64,000 nt of DNA from Octopus bimaculoides (GCF_001194135.2 NC_068997.1:38889903-38953902); one strand, 5' to 3'. Shown: positions 1 through 13,149, counted from the first letter of the stretch. Numbers and translations: made by a program. Notes: generated from the sequence alone by a model not told the origin.

Positions 1-192
1 GGCACAGCAGAAACAGGAGGTAAGAGTGAGAGAAAGTTGTGGTGGAAGAGTACACCAGGGTTCGCCACCATCCCCTGCCGGAGCCTCGTGGAGCTTTTAG
101 GTGTTTTTTCGCTCAATAAACAACGCCCGGTCTGGGAATCGAAACCGCGATCCTATGACTGCGAGTCCGCTGCCCTAACCACTGGGCCATTG
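1..192 (-). mobile_element. tRNA-derived SINE, 5' part (continues off the window)
   Basis: Minus strand reads caatggcccagtggttagggcagcggactcgcagtcataggatcgcggtttcgattcccagacc. It has a pol III A box (TGGCCCAGTGG, 180-190) and B box (GGTTTCGATTCCC, 134-146), followed by a non-tRNA body. Confidence 0.8.
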
Positions 193-205
193 TATATGTA
201 CGTAC

Positions 206-467
206 CTACGGAGGATAGGTCTTTTACCTTTTTACTTTTATATTTTTTACATTTCAGTTTTTGTTTTTCGCTTTCCGCTTTTCGTTTTCCGTTGTTTACT
301 GTCTGCGTTTTCTATATGCTACCTTCTCAGTTTTTTCGTGTTTCTTCTATTATTCAATTTCTTTAGTTTGCTATGATATGTGGTTTGCGCCCGAAGAATA
401 TGTCTAAGTATTTCTCAACATATGAAATTATTAGTAGCGCTTTAATACATGTATTGTGACCTTTAAT
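206..467 (+). mobile_element. Penelope-like element 3' end / pLTR fragment, copy 1
   Basis: About 260 bp, roughly 90% identical by eye to 1386-1648, which directly follows a PLE endonuclease C-terminus. Contains a hammerhead motif. Confidence 0.7.
387..440 (+). ncRNA. Type I hammerhead ribozyme motif, core mutated (CCGAAGA)
   Basis: gcgc-CCGAAGA-atatgt..loop..acatat-GAAA-ttatta-GTA-gcgc. Stem I is gcgc/gcgc, stem II is long, the triplet is GUA, and there is a U4>C change in the core. Confidence 0.6.
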
Positions 468-924
468 CTTAGTAGTCTTAAAGTAAGATAAGATTCTTAC
501 CTTGATATTTGAGCTTCAGAATGCGTACGGCTCAGTTAAGATTTCTCATCAATGCCAAACACTTATCTATGCACTGAACTTGAAATTAGTTTCCGCCCAG
601 ATTGAAGTTCTGTAGGCATTCAAGAAAAAAAAGATCATATTTCAACTTAATTGCCCAGAAATGTGCTGGAACTTGATTAAGGTACCGGCAGATGATTTTA
701 AACTTCAAAATACCCTTTCAGGTATTTTGCAAACATCATCATATGTGACATGCAGAAATATTTCGAAATCTTAAGACCAGCTCACCATTGGCGATATAAA
801 TATAGTTTACTAAATGAGCATAAAAGAAAGAAGAAAAGAAATACGCTGGCGTTTAACATGTTAAAAATTGCGCGCTAAAATTTGGTGGACATATTTTCTC
901 GCACATTAGGACAAATTCAGTTTA

Positions 925-1003
925 CACACACACGCACGCACACATGCACACACGCACACAGACACACACACAGACACACACACACACATACACACACACA
1001 CAC

Positions 1004-1068
<65 letters not shown>

Positions 1069-1078
1069 CGCACACACT
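925..1078. repeat. (CA)n microsatellite
   Basis: Direct reading of the sequence. Confidence 0.95.
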
Positions 1079-1648
1079 CATGGACAAAAGTGAAGCTACT
1101 AAGTTGGCTAGCTATGTATGGACTTTGAAAGATAATGAAACACCACCTGTGATGAAATGAAAAGTAATTGAGATATCCATACCTTATGCGAATGGATCGA
1201 ATAAATGTAGACTTTGTTTGGCTGAAAGAACGCAGATCCTGTTCCGGTCTAAGATCCCCAACTCTCTATTGAACTCCAGGTCAGAAAAGTGGTTGCATGC
1301 ATATGTATAAATATATTTTGAAGAATTGGAAAATGTCACCTATTCCTGACTAACTTGATATATTTTCTACGTTATCATTTAAGGTCTACGGAGGATAGGT
1401 CTTTTACCTTTTTACTTTTATATTTTTTACATTTCAGTTTTTGTTTTTCGCTTTCCGCTTTTCGTTTTCCGTTGTTTACTGTCTGCATTTTCTATATGCT
1501 GCCTTCTCAGTTTTTTCATGTTTCTTCTATTATTCAATTTAAAAAAAATTCATTATGATATGTGGTTTGCGCCTGAAGAATATGTTTGAGTATTTCTCAA
1601 TATATGAAATTATTACTAGTGCTTAAATACATGTATTGTGCCCTTTAA
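1079..1648 (+). mobile_element. 5'-truncated Penelope-like element: GIY-YIG endonuclease C-terminus plus 3' UTR/pLTR
   Basis: Translates as ATKLASYVWTLKDNETPPVMK*KVIEISIPYANGSNKCRLCLAERTQILFRSKIPNSLLNSRSEK. This matches the PLE endonuclease tail pattern (L..Y.W.LK...W.....PY....C.LCL.E...LLN.R.E), with the Trp codon mutated to a stop. A hammerhead follows downstream. Confidence 0.75.
1569..1622 (+). ncRNA. Type I hammerhead ribozyme motif
   Basis: gcgc-CTGAAGA-atatgtttgag-tattt-ctcaatatat-GAAA-ttatta-CTA-gtgc. The core is intact, stem II is about 10 bp, stem I is gcgc/gtgc with a G-U pair, and stem III is imperfect. Confidence 0.7.
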
Positions 1649-2325
1649 ATGAATAATATTTATCTCTCACCTGATGGAGTACTTTCTGTTGTTGAATTTT
1701 GCATTATNNNNNNNNNNNNNNNNNNNNNNNNNNNNNNNNNNNNNNNNNNNNNNNNNNNNNNNNNNNNNNNNNNNNNNNNNNNNNNNNNNNNNNNNNNNNN
1801 NNNNNNNNNNNNNNNNNNNNNNNNNNNNNNNNNNNNNNNNNNNNNNNNNNNNNNNNNNNNNNNNNNNNNNNNNNNNNNNNNNNNNNNNNNNNNNNNNNNN
1901 NNNNNNNNNNNNNNNNNNNNNNNNNNNNNNNNNNNNNNNNNNNNNNNNNNNNNNNNNNNNNNNNNNNNNNNNNNNNNNNNNNNNNNNNNNNNNNNNNNNN
2001 NNNNNNNNNNNNNNNNNNNNNNNNNNNNNNNNNNNNNNNNNNNNNNNNNNNNNNNNNNNNNNNNNNNNNNNNNNNNNNNNNNNNNNNNNNNNNNNNNNNN
2101 NNNNNNNNNNNNNNNNNNNNNNNNNNNNNNNNNNNNNNNNNNNNNNNNNNNNNNNNNNNNNNNNNNNNNNNNNNNNNNNNNNNNNNNNNNNNNNNNNNNN
2201 NNNNNATATATATATATATATATATATATATGCGTCGGAATATGTACGTATATGTATGTGTTTGTGAGTGTGTGTGTGTCTGTCTGTGTATGTGCGAGTC
2301 CGTGCGCGCGTGTGTATACATGCGT

Positions 2326-2364
<39 letters not shown>

Positions 2365-3461
2365 GATATACATGCACATACACTCACACGCATACGAGTA
2401 TATATATATATAAACATATATAAGCTACAACTGAATTCCGTTGGTCAGGTATATTTTAAGTATATGGACATAATGTAAAATCTTAATTTACAATGCTATC
2501 TTCTGCGTATAATCATATTTCACTTCTGTTTATTTCGAGTAATTCTTGTAATGATAAGAGATGAGTTTCCAAATTAACATAAAAGATGGAAATTGTAGTT
2601 TCACTACTTCGTGAATCACGTGTTCAAATTCACTGCTGTTGTTTGTTATGTCTCTTCGTGCCCTTGTTCACCTAACTGCCGGGAAAAGGATCTATACCTC
2701 TGGGGAAGTTTCCGGAATCGATGTAAATGTTTCTTTTTTATCCGATGCTAAAAAATCATACAGCTGAGTTCCATGTCTTAAGTGCCTATAATTCTGTTCA
2801 TTCAGGCACAAATGTTGAAATACATTTGACATTAAAATGTTTACTAGAGTAAAATCAATAACATATTCTTAATAAATATAGAAGCTAGTTGCTAAATTAG
2901 ATGTAAAACATAAAATAACAACTTACAAGGAATTTTGATTGATGTTTATATATATTAATATATGGACAGTTCTAAAGCTAAGAGAAGCTGAAATTTTATC
3001 CGAAAATAATAGCTATGTGAATTTAAGCGAAGACACATTTTAAAAGCCTTATATTTTCAACTTTTGCTCTGAAGTCCTGCAGGGGAAAGACATGTTAAAG
3101 TATTAGAAATAAATGTGTGTTGGGCGGAGTATGACAGACAACTGGAAAGAACAGAGCCTCTTTGAAAACATGACAGAAAATAATTTTAAAAAGTCTTAGA
3201 AAAATACTGAAGATGGGAAAGATTTAAGGTAATAAATTAAAAAGAAACCTCTCCTACCAAAACCCCAAGAAATAACGATAATAAAAAATGTCAGGGGTGA
3301 GCATCAAAGAGGAGGAAGAAATGTGTAGCAGCTTAGGTTCAATTGAAATAATATAAATAAGGGTGACAATTTTGTAAGAAATTAGCTGAATTTTTACACA
3401 TTCACAAACAGACGCATATTTACATACATTCATATATATATTCATATACACATACATTCAT

Positions 3462-3504
<43 letters not shown>

Positions 3505-4340
3505 NNNNNNNNNNNNNNNNNNNNNNNNNNNNNNNNNNNNNNNNNNNNNNNNNNNNNNNNNNNNNNNNNNNNNNNNNNNNNNNNNNNNNNNNNNNNNNNN
3601 NNNNNNNNNNNNNNNNNNNNNNNNNNNNNNNNNNNNNNNNNNNNNNNNNNNNNNNNNNNNNNNNNNNNNNNNNNNNNNNNNNNNNNNNNNNNNNNNNNNN
3701 NNNNNNNNNNNNNNNNNNNNNNNNNNNNNNNNNNNNNNNNNNNNNNNNNNNNNNNNNNNNNNNNNNNNNNNNNNNNNNNNNNNNNNNNNNNNNNNNNNNN
3801 NNNNNNNNNNNNNNNNNNNNNNNNNNNNNNNNNNNNNNNNNNNNNNNNNNNNNNNNNNNNNNNNNNNNNNNNNNNNNNNNNNNNNNNNNNNNNNNNNNNN
3901 NNNNNNNNNNNNNNNNNNNNNNNNNNNNNNNNNNNNNNNNNNNNNNNNNNNNNNNNNNNNNNNNNNNNNNNNNNNNNNNNNNNNNNNNNNNNNNNNNNNN
4001 NNNNNNNNNNNNNNNNNNNNNNNNNNNNNNNNNNNNNNNNNNNNNNNNNNNNNNNNNNNNNNNNNNNNNNNNNNNNNNNNNNNNNNNNNNNNNNNNNNNN
4101 NNNNNNNNNNNNNNNNNNNNNNNNNNNNNNNNNNNNNNNNNNNNNNNNNNNNNNNNNNNNNNNNNNNNNNNNNNNNNNNNNNNNNNNNNNNNNNNNNNNN
4201 NNNNNNNNNNNNNNNNNNNNNNNNNNNNNNNNNNNNNNNNNNNNNNNNNNNNNNNNNNNNNNNNNNNNNNNNNNNNNNNNNNNNNNNNNNNNNNNNNNNN
4301 NNNNNNNNNNNNNNNNNNNNNNNNNNNNNNNNNNNNNNNN

Positions 4341-4397
<57 letters not shown>

Positions 4398-4400
4398 GAG
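4341..4400. repeat. (AG)n microsatellite at a gap edge
   Basis: Direct reading of the sequence. Confidence 0.95.
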
Positions 4401-5741
4401 AATGCGATTGAAAAGGGGAGGTAAAAACTGGAAAGACGAAAACTAAACGGAAGTTGGAAAAAATGGCGGCTTCGTTGAGAGATGATGATTAGGAATTTGT
4501 GAAAAGTTGCCTTTTATCCTGCACTATTTTTTTGTACATTCTCCTATGTATGAGCATTAAAGCTATACGTTAGTGAAGGAATAATTCATTTTCTCAACTT
4601 ATTCAACGAAATTCCTTTCTTGCTTCAAAACTTTTCACTTCTGTCTTGTATCTTTCCACCCCACCTATCATAGTAGCTTCCTTCCTTGAAATGTTTCTAT
4701 TAAGAGGTGTCAAATTTTATTCTTACTTATTGTTTCTTTGCTCTAATATTTTATTCTGATATATTCACTTCATGCACCCTGACTCATTTATATAAACCTA
4801 TGAGCTAAATATATCTAATCACTGTCTCATAAAATTTCCGTATTTTGTGACGCAGAGAAATAGAATTATTCTATTTCTTATTTCGAGCAAGTTAATACTA
4901 ACACACATCGTTAACTCTGACTCTTTGTTTACTGTAAATAAATAATTTGAAAGGAAGTTATTAATTATTTTAGAAGAAAATTGTGCAAATCTATGTCACC
5001 TCAACTATGCATTTTATTATATGAGCCTACACTTTTTATGTAATGTTGTGAACTTACATAAGTATATAATATATATTAAGCATTGATGCTTTTTGTAAGA
5101 ACTAAGGAAATATAATACATAACAATTGCAGTTTATCGAAGATGCAGAACACTTTGATTCATGCGCGTAATGCTAGCGTTAATGTTCCGATTAAGTATTC
5201 ATCTTGCTTTGTTGCGCCCTCCAAATATAGCTGTAATATTTTGCAATATAACCAAGTATACAAATATTATTGAACTATAATCCTGATAAAGTAGCTACAG
5301 ATAGTGAAGCGACGTTTTAACATAAACATTCACCTCTTTGCTGACTTTGGTTAGATGTTAACATCTGTTGGGCGGCTGACTTACACAAAAGTACATGTAA
5401 TGTGTCATAAATACAGATGTGAACATGCGTCTCTGCTGACAGTATCATTGTTATCTCATCGATAACTTTTTCAGTTTCCTTTAAATTGCAAACAACATAA
5501 GCAAAAATGGCCTTGATTTTCTCTCCAGAATTCCATCAGGACTAAGCAGTGATGTGTTATACGATACTCTTAGTAAATAGAACGATTAAATGCATATTTT
5601 AGGGATTTTCCATTTCTAGAGGTTGACTACAAGACTCAAGAGTGATTTTTTATTCCATTTCCTCGTAAAGCCAGTCGCTTTAGGCTACAATACTACCATT
5701 TAGTCATATATCATACTAAACGATTGAAATGAATGAACATA

Positions 5742-6630
5742 AAGGGTGCAGTCAAAAAGTATCAGACCTTGATTGCTTTTGTACAAATTAATAATGCGTG
5801 AGCAAAATCTGCATGGGTATTAGGTGGCCGCGTCCTTCGTGAGCATGCACAAAAAAATTTCGTGTCTGTAGGTTGTGCTATTTGCCCGCAGTGACACATT
5901 GAGTACAAACGCGAAGAGTGTGCAGTGCGATTTTTCTTTTTGAGTCAAGATGACCGAGCCCATTGAGCAAAGATACTGTATCAAATTCTGTCAAAAACTT
6001 GGTGATACGCAAACCCAGATTATCGAGAAGATTCAGAAGGCCTTTGAAGATGATGCAATGGGAAAAACACAAATAAAGGAGTGGTACAACCGGTTCAAAG
6101 ATGGCTGCACATCAGTGGACAGTGAGCCACGTTGAGGCAGCCCACTGACTAGCAGAAACGGCGAAATGATTGCAAAGAATACTACCTGAGGGTTCTTCAT
6201 GAAGCTGTGCGGCGAAAACGACCCAGCCTGTGGGCAGCAAAGAACTGGAAACTCCACCATGGCAACGCACCTACTCATTCTGCCCATATCGTCCAAGCAT
6301 TCCTCGTCAAGCAAAACACACAACTTGTTCGTCAGGCTTCCTACTCCCCAGACTTGTTTCGATGTGACTTTTGGATATTCCCAAAGCTCAAAAACCACTC
6401 AAAGGGAGATGATTTGAGTCAATAGAGGACATTAAGCAAAATTTGACGGCACAGCTCTACAGCATTCCAGAAAGTGATTTCCAGAAATGTTTCCAGCAGT
6501 GGCAGGAACGCTGGCAGAAGTGTGTAGACTCTCAAGGCGAATACTTTGAAGGAGACTAAATCAAAATAGTGAGTTTTTAAATATTACTTGCTTTTTGGTC
6601 AAAGGTCGGATACCTTTTGACTACACCTCG
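5742..6630 (+). mobile_element. Internally deleted mariner transposon (889 bp)
   Basis: Imperfect TIRs (gggtgcagtcaaaaagtatcagacctt / aaggtcggataccttttgactacacc) flanked by TA. Transposase N-terminus MTEPIEQRYCIKFCQKLG..WYNRFKDG at 5950 jumps at ~6175 to the C-terminal WKLHHGNAPTH..YSPDL..CDFWIFPKLK..CVDSQGEYFEGD*. Confidence 0.9.
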
Positions 6631-8346
6631 TATACATCCAAGGATTTAAAACAGTTGTGGCTTTTATATCAATTCGCTGTAGATGTTCTCCACGTATGTT
6701 GAACGTCTAGTTTTCACAAAATTATATATAATTCATATTCATGAAACTAAATATATTTTTTTGCTACAATACTAACTTAAAATGATTGAACATGATACTG
6801 GTAATGCATAATCAAACCTTTATTGCAGAACAATAAGGAAGGATAATTTGTTGTGTAAAATATAAAACAACAATTCCTTGTTTTTAATGCAGGAAACATT
6901 TAGGAGTTTGAATGTGGATTTCAAGTATTCGTATATGAAAATATTGCAGACATGACTGTGAGGTTTAAGAAGTTCAATTTGCAGCCACATGGTTCCAAGA
7001 CCAGTCCTACTTAGCAGCCACATGGTTCTAAGACCAGTCCTACATAGCCTCGGATTGTGATCAATATGTTGTTAGTGGGATTTGATAGATGGACATCATG
7101 CAGATGCTCGAGACACCAGCAAAATGCACGTGCATACATACAACCCCATCGCACATAAACACAGACACCCCCAACACACTCATGTAAACATGTATGTAGG
7201 TGTAGATATTACGTTGATGTATATAATTGTAAGATATAATCACTAGCTTCCGAACAAATATACTCAGAAGTATTAACTTCGTCTGTGACACTTCCTTGTC
7301 GGTGATTGCATCCTTTAAAAATCTATAGACACACCGTTAGTTGTCCGTCAAATGGGATAAAAAATAAAAATAGATAAATATCTATGGTTAGAGTTTTCTA
7401 AAAAAAAAAAAAAAATTGTCCGATGATTAAATTTAGCATTTAATATCGTATACAATTAAAAACAGTAAGGATTATTCCTAGATCAAAGTGTGGCTTTGCT
7501 TACACGCAAGAAATAGAAGCAGCGAGAATCTGTAAACGGGTGAAAAAGAAGAACGGAGATCACGAAGACTGTAAAGAATGTGCAATGTGACTAAAAAGAA
7601 AATGAATAGAAATACATGAACTCTTAAACACGTTCCCCGCACAGATTCATCGTACGACATAAAAGTTATGAGAGAATAAAAACATGTGAGAATGTGTGAA
7701 GCAAATAAACAGACTAACAAAGAGTGCATGAACAACAGACAGTGCTTTATAAAGTTGAGAGCAGAGAAACTGTAGAACGAAGGAAAATAAAGGGAAAAAT
7801 AAGGGAAACGGGAAAGAAAGAAAATGTCGAAAAAGGATGAAGATACAGAATATAAAGAAACAAAAAGGAAATGATAAGAAGTATAAAGAAATTAAACCTG
7901 AAAATGTAATAAAAATGGGGAAAAAAGAAATAGGAGATAAAATCTGAAGAAGAACGGTTGGAAAAAAAGAACGGAGAATAGAAGGTATACAAAACGTCTT
8001 GGAAAATTGAAAAAAGAAAACTGAAAAATAAGCTGGTATGAAAAAAAAAAAAGGTAAAATTTGTTTTTATAGAGAAATGGTGCCGAATTTGTCGGCTCTA
8101 GCGGTTGTTGTAAAATTGACAATGGTGGAACCAGGAAGTCTGGCGTAAAACTGAAAAAGAAGAAGAATGAGAAAATGTAAAGAAAGAGAAGAAACATTTG
8201 ATAAAGGAGAACTGATTAGAAAGAATGAGTTATTAAAAATATTGTAAAAGCTGATATACGTACAAATGGTAAAAATGGAAATCAAGTAGACGGTCAAATT
8301 TTTTCAGATATGGGGCAAAATATATTATTCAACATGATAGTAACCT

Positions 8347-8642
8347 ATGCGCATGGCTCAGTGGTTAGAGTGTAGGGCTTATAGTTGTGAATTCAATTCC
8401 CGACCGGGTTGTGTTCTTGAGCAAGACACTTCGTTTCACTCAGTTGTTGAAATGAGTTGCGACGTCGCTGGTGCCAAGCTGTATCGGGCTTTGCCTTTCT
8501 CTTGGACAACATCTCTGGCGTGGAGACGGGAGACTATTATGTAAGGGCGACTACTGGTCTCCCACAAAACAACCTTGCCCCAGACTTGTGCCTCAGAGGG
8601 ATACTTTCTAGGCGCAGTCCCACGTCCTTTCTTAACCGAAGT
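8347..8642 (+). mobile_element. tRNA-derived SINE with CORE-like ttgtgttcttgagcaagacact segment
   Basis: A box TGGCTCAGTGG and B-box-like GAATTCAATTCC. The body is related to 30787-31039. Confidence 0.8.
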
Positions 8643-8768
8643 TGATTTTAAAATCTATACGAAATAGAATTTATTGCGAAAGATCCTCGATCTGCTAAAA
8701 ACAGAAGCTACTTATACTTGAAATAATGATTTACAGTCTTTGTAAAGATGGATACGTTAGTTAATATA

Positions 8769-9969
8769 TTGGGTCATCCCATAAATAATGCGGTTTTTCA
8801 ATCGCATGAGGGGGTTGGCATAAACTACCTGCATCAGCTTGCTATAAAAGCAGGTAGTAATTTTACCATGTGCTTATTCTTAGTGCAAATTTTAAGGAGT
8901 GCAGTTCAATTTTAACAGTTATTTTTTCAAAGCTATAATGGAAGTGACAGAAGAGCATATTCGGCATATTTTGCTTTATGAGTTCAATAATGTGAAGAAC
9001 GCAACGGAAAGTGCGAGGAATATTAATGCAGTGTATGCGGATCGGACAATAAGTGTAATCCAGTGTCAACAGTGGTTCCAGAAATTCCGAGTCGGAAACT
9101 ACAGCCTAGAAGACGAGCCTCGTCCTGGAAGAGCTGTAGAGCTCGACGAAGATGCCCTGCAAACCCTGGTGGAACAAAATCCCACCGGAACTGTTGAGTA
9201 ACTTGCAAAGAAGCTTGGATTTGGTCATTCGACCATTTATCGATGCCTGCGTGCCATCGGAAAAATCAGCAAATTAGGTCGATGGGTTCCTCACAAACTT
9301 TCCAAGTCTAATCGTGCGCAGAGAATGAATGTGTGCTTTTTTTTGTTGTCACGTCTCACGAATGAACCCTTTTTGGACCGAATAGTGACTGGTGACGAGA
9401 AATGGGTTCTCTATAAAAATGTCAAGTGCCGAAGACAGTGGGTAGGGAAAAGAGAAACACCGGCACCTCAGGCGAAAGAAGGTCTTTATCCACGTAAAGT
9501 GTTGTTATCTGTTTGGTGGGATATTTAAACCCAAACCAAATGATAACAAAGAAGATCTAGCATGAGCAGCTTGAGCGGCTTAAGACAGTGCTAGAAGAAA
9601 AATGACCATCTTTGCTTTCAAGACGAAAAGTGTTCTTCCATCAGGTTAATGCTCGGCCACATACAGCGAGGAAGACATTCCAAAGGCTGGAACAGTTTGA
9701 ATGGGAAACGTTGCCCCATCCACTATATTCGCCGGACATTGTCCTATCTGATTATATTTATTTCGCAGTCTTCGAAATCAATTGGCCGGAAAAATATGAA
9801 TTCTGTAGACGAGGTCAGAACAGTACTGGAGGAGTATTTTTCGTCACGGTCAAGTGAATTTTGGCGTATGAATGAGAGTATATTTTAGATCAGAAAAAAA
9901 CTTTGTTTATCTTAATTGTGAAAAATAAAAGAAGTATTAAAAAACCACATTATTTATGGGATGACCCAA
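8769..9969 (+). mobile_element. Near-full-length mariner transposon (1201 bp), defective transposase
   Basis: TIRs ttgggtcatcccataaataatg / cattatttatgggatgacccaa with TA on both sides. The ORF from 8938 (MEVTEEHIRHILLYEF) carries WVPHKL, IVTGDEKW, HQVNARPH and YSPDI motifs, interrupted by stops, frameshifts and a deletion. Confidence 0.95.
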
Positions 9970-10121
9970 TAGTTTTTGGATGCGTTGAGTCTTGAAGAAA
10001 AATTATAGGGTAATTACAGTTGGAATATCGATGATCAAATGGTTGATTTGGAGTTAAATAAAATAAGCAGCAACAAGGAAATTAACCAAATCAATGTCAA
10101 ATCAACAACCTCATAAATATT

Positions 10122-10332
10122 GGTTCCGAAATTTAGCTCAAGGCCAGCAATTTCATGGGAGGGAGTTAAATCGATTACATCGAATCTAGTGTACAAGTGG
10201 TATTTATCGACTCTAAAAAGATGAAAGACAAAGTCAACCTCAGCGGATTTTGAACTCAGAACATAAAAACGGAGGAAATGCCGCCAAGCATTTTTCCAGG
10301 TGTGCTAACGATTTTGCCAGCTCGTTGCCTTC
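10122..10332 (-). mobile_element. tRNA-derived SINE, family B (ggcggcgagctggcagaa.. head)
   Basis: Reverse complement matches 16637-16850 and 28156-28351, including the central gttgactttgtctttcatc..gtcgataa..tacca block. Confidence 0.8.
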
Positions 10333-10421
10333 ACAGTCTCATATATATTAAAAGGACAATGTAAACAATCTTTCCAAGTAAGAGAGTCCTGGACCATCGT
10401 CATTAGTAAGAGCAACATTAG

Positions 10422-10695
10422 GAATCTTTGTCGTTTTCGTCACTGTTTACAATTTTGTTCCAGTTGTTTTCAAATTTGGTATATGGATAAAGTTTTGTAT
10501 ACTAATTATGAAAATTAAATTCATTTTCCTTATAAATTCATAATTAGAAAGTTATTAGCCTTTAAAGTTTGCAAAATTTTTCTGGAATAAATGAATAACA
10601 AATTCGGATTCAGCGTCAAAAATTACATCTATATGATGCATAAAAAAATCTTTTTTAAAGATAGTTGTTAACAGTGACGAAAACGACAAAGATCC
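10422..10695. mobile_element. MITE, 274 bp, 26-bp TIRs, 8-bp TSD
   Basis: TIRs gaatctttgtcgttttcgtcactgtt (10422-10447) and aacagtgacgaaaacgacaaagatcc (10670-10695) match at 25/26 positions. aacattag is duplicated at 10414-10421 and 10696-10703. Confidence 0.85.
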
Positions 10696-11551
10696 AACAT
10701 TAGCTTTTGTTCCGTATACCTTTTGTTCCATAACCATATGGCGAACGATTCTCTTAAGAGCCTTTGTCCATCATCATCATCATCNNNNNNNNNNNNNNNN
10801 NNNNNNNNNNNNNNNNNNNNNNNNNNNNNNNNNNNNNNNNNNNNNNNNNNNNNNNNNNNNNNNNNNNNNNNNNNNNNNNNNNNNNNNNNNNNNNNNNNNN
10901 NNNNNNNNNNNNNNNNNNNNNNNNNNNNNNNNNNNNNNNNNNNNNNNNNNNNNNNNNNNNNNNNNNNNNNNNNNNNNNNNNNNNNNNNNNNNNNNNNNNN
11001 NNNNNNNNNNNNNNNNNNNNNNNNNNNNNNNNNNNNNNNNNNNNNNNNNNNNNNNNNNNNNNNNNNNNNNNNNNNNNNNNNNNNNNNNNNNNNNNNNNNN
11101 NNNNNNNNNNNNNNNNNNNNNNNNNNNNNNNNNNNNNNNNNNNNNNNNNNNNNNNNNNNNNNNNNNNNNNNNNNNNNNNNNNNNNNNNNNNNNNNNNNNN
11201 NNNNNNNNNNNNNNNNNNNNNNNNNNNNNNNNNNNNNNNNNNNNNNNNNNNNNNNNNNNNNNNNNNNNNNNNNNNNNNNNNNNNNNNNNNNNNNNNNNNN
11301 NNNNNNNNNNNNNNNNNNNNNNNNNNNNNNNNNNNNNNNNNNNNNNNNNNNNNNNNNNNNNNNNNNNNNNNNNNNNNNNNNNNNNNNNNNNNNNNNNNNN
11401 NNNNNNNNNNNNNNNNNNNNNNNNNNNNNNNNNNNNNNNNNNNNNNNNNNNNNNNNNNNNNNNNNNNNNNNNNNNNNNNNNNNNNNNNNNNNNNNNNNNN
11501 NNNNNNNNNNNNNNNNNNNNNNNNNNNNNNNNNNNNNNNNNNNNNNNNNNN

Positions 11552-11608
<57 letters not shown>
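11552..11608. repeat. (CT)n microsatellite at a gap edge
   Basis: Direct reading of the sequence. Confidence 0.95.
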
Positions 11609-11613
<5 letters not shown>

Positions 11614-13149
11614 AACTGGGTTGTTTTTACTAGAATGTAACACCTAACCAGCTATACATCATTATAAGGCAAAGTGAAATAGCGAGTGGATATAGCGAGA
11701 AATTTGTTTAAAAAGTCACCTGACAAGGCACATTCTACACATGTGATACACGACAATTAATTGCACAGCGTCTCACTTATGAGTTACAGTTGCGAGAATA
11801 CGTCGAAACAATTGTCGTGGTTTTAAATAAGAATCTCGCAAATTCCATTTCCTGTCTCTGATCTATTTATATATGTATGTATGTATATCATAAATACCCC
11901 ATCCCCACCACACATTTTTTGATATGACCGTGTGCCGGTAGAAACGTTAGTGAGTCGGACAAAAAGTGTTTAGCTGCATTCTCTCATTTTTAGTTTGTAT
12001 GGTCTAGCAATTGTTAATAATTCAGAAATATTATTATAAAATAGTGATGTTCTTTAACCGAAGAAATGAGTACTAATTCTGAAACTCCGCTTTAGAATTA
12101 TTGTGAACAAGAGTGCCAACCAAGAAGATTTTAAATCTCACTCTCTAGCACCAAAACCTGGCTATGGTCCTGCTGATGGCACAAGTAAATAGCATTAAGT
12201 ATCATAGAAAATTCTGAATGCTTAAATTTATATAGACATTTCAAAGAAATACGATTTGTACGAGTCCATAGTTTTCTCAGTCATTGTTTAGAATAAATGA
12301 CAGAGTGACATCAATGCATGGAGTTAAAGTTACTCCTAGTTAAGTAACAGAATATATTGGACACTATGCACTTTTATGACAATGGACCGCTATGCAAAAT
12401 CTGTATTCTAACATCGTTTTAAGTGAATACTAATCGTTAAATTGCATACATGAATTTTTGAAGCAAATGAAAAGTCATTCTTACAAAAAAAAAATCAGAA
12501 AAATATGCAGTAGCATCAGCACAAAGCAGTGTTTAGGAATATTTGACATATTTTAACATATTTGTGACATATTTTAACTTCTAAAGGCAAATTCGCTGCA
12601 GTTGCCGTAGAGATAAAATTTCTCTCTTACGGTAAAAGGTGTAGAAACACACCATATCTACTCAGTGTTTCCCTCTAGCGGATTCCCAGACGCGCGTTTC
12701 TGACTCTTTAGCCTTTCTTAATGGAAAATATCGAAGGGAGATAACCCTGGGAAAATTCAAAGCCGTAGCTTTATCTAAAAACAATCAACATCAGTGACTG
12801 AGTTGCAATGTTAGATCGCCTGGTCAGAATAAAATTAGCATATGTGAAATAAGAAATCATATGTAAGATATGAAACATATACTGAAATTTTTGAATTAAA
12901 CAACCTGCACTAAACATTTTAATAAAGTTCAATGATACAATAAGCTTTGTTGGAATAGCTTCAGAAGTGCTACTTCTAATGGTTTTATTCCACCAATAAA
13001 CACTTCAATTTCGTAGGTGCGAAGCTTATCCTTGATTTGGAGTCTTGAATATAAATATTGTGCACTTGTTTCCGTATTATTTAATCTCCCATAATCAGGC
13101 TCTGTCCTGTTGTAGACAAGGGAATTTTCCTTGTCTTTTGAATAAAGGT

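Noticed and set aside
6982-7050. Tandem duplication of gcagccacatggtt..agaccagtcctac
   Set aside because: This is a local duplication within a decayed SINE head and is ordinary.
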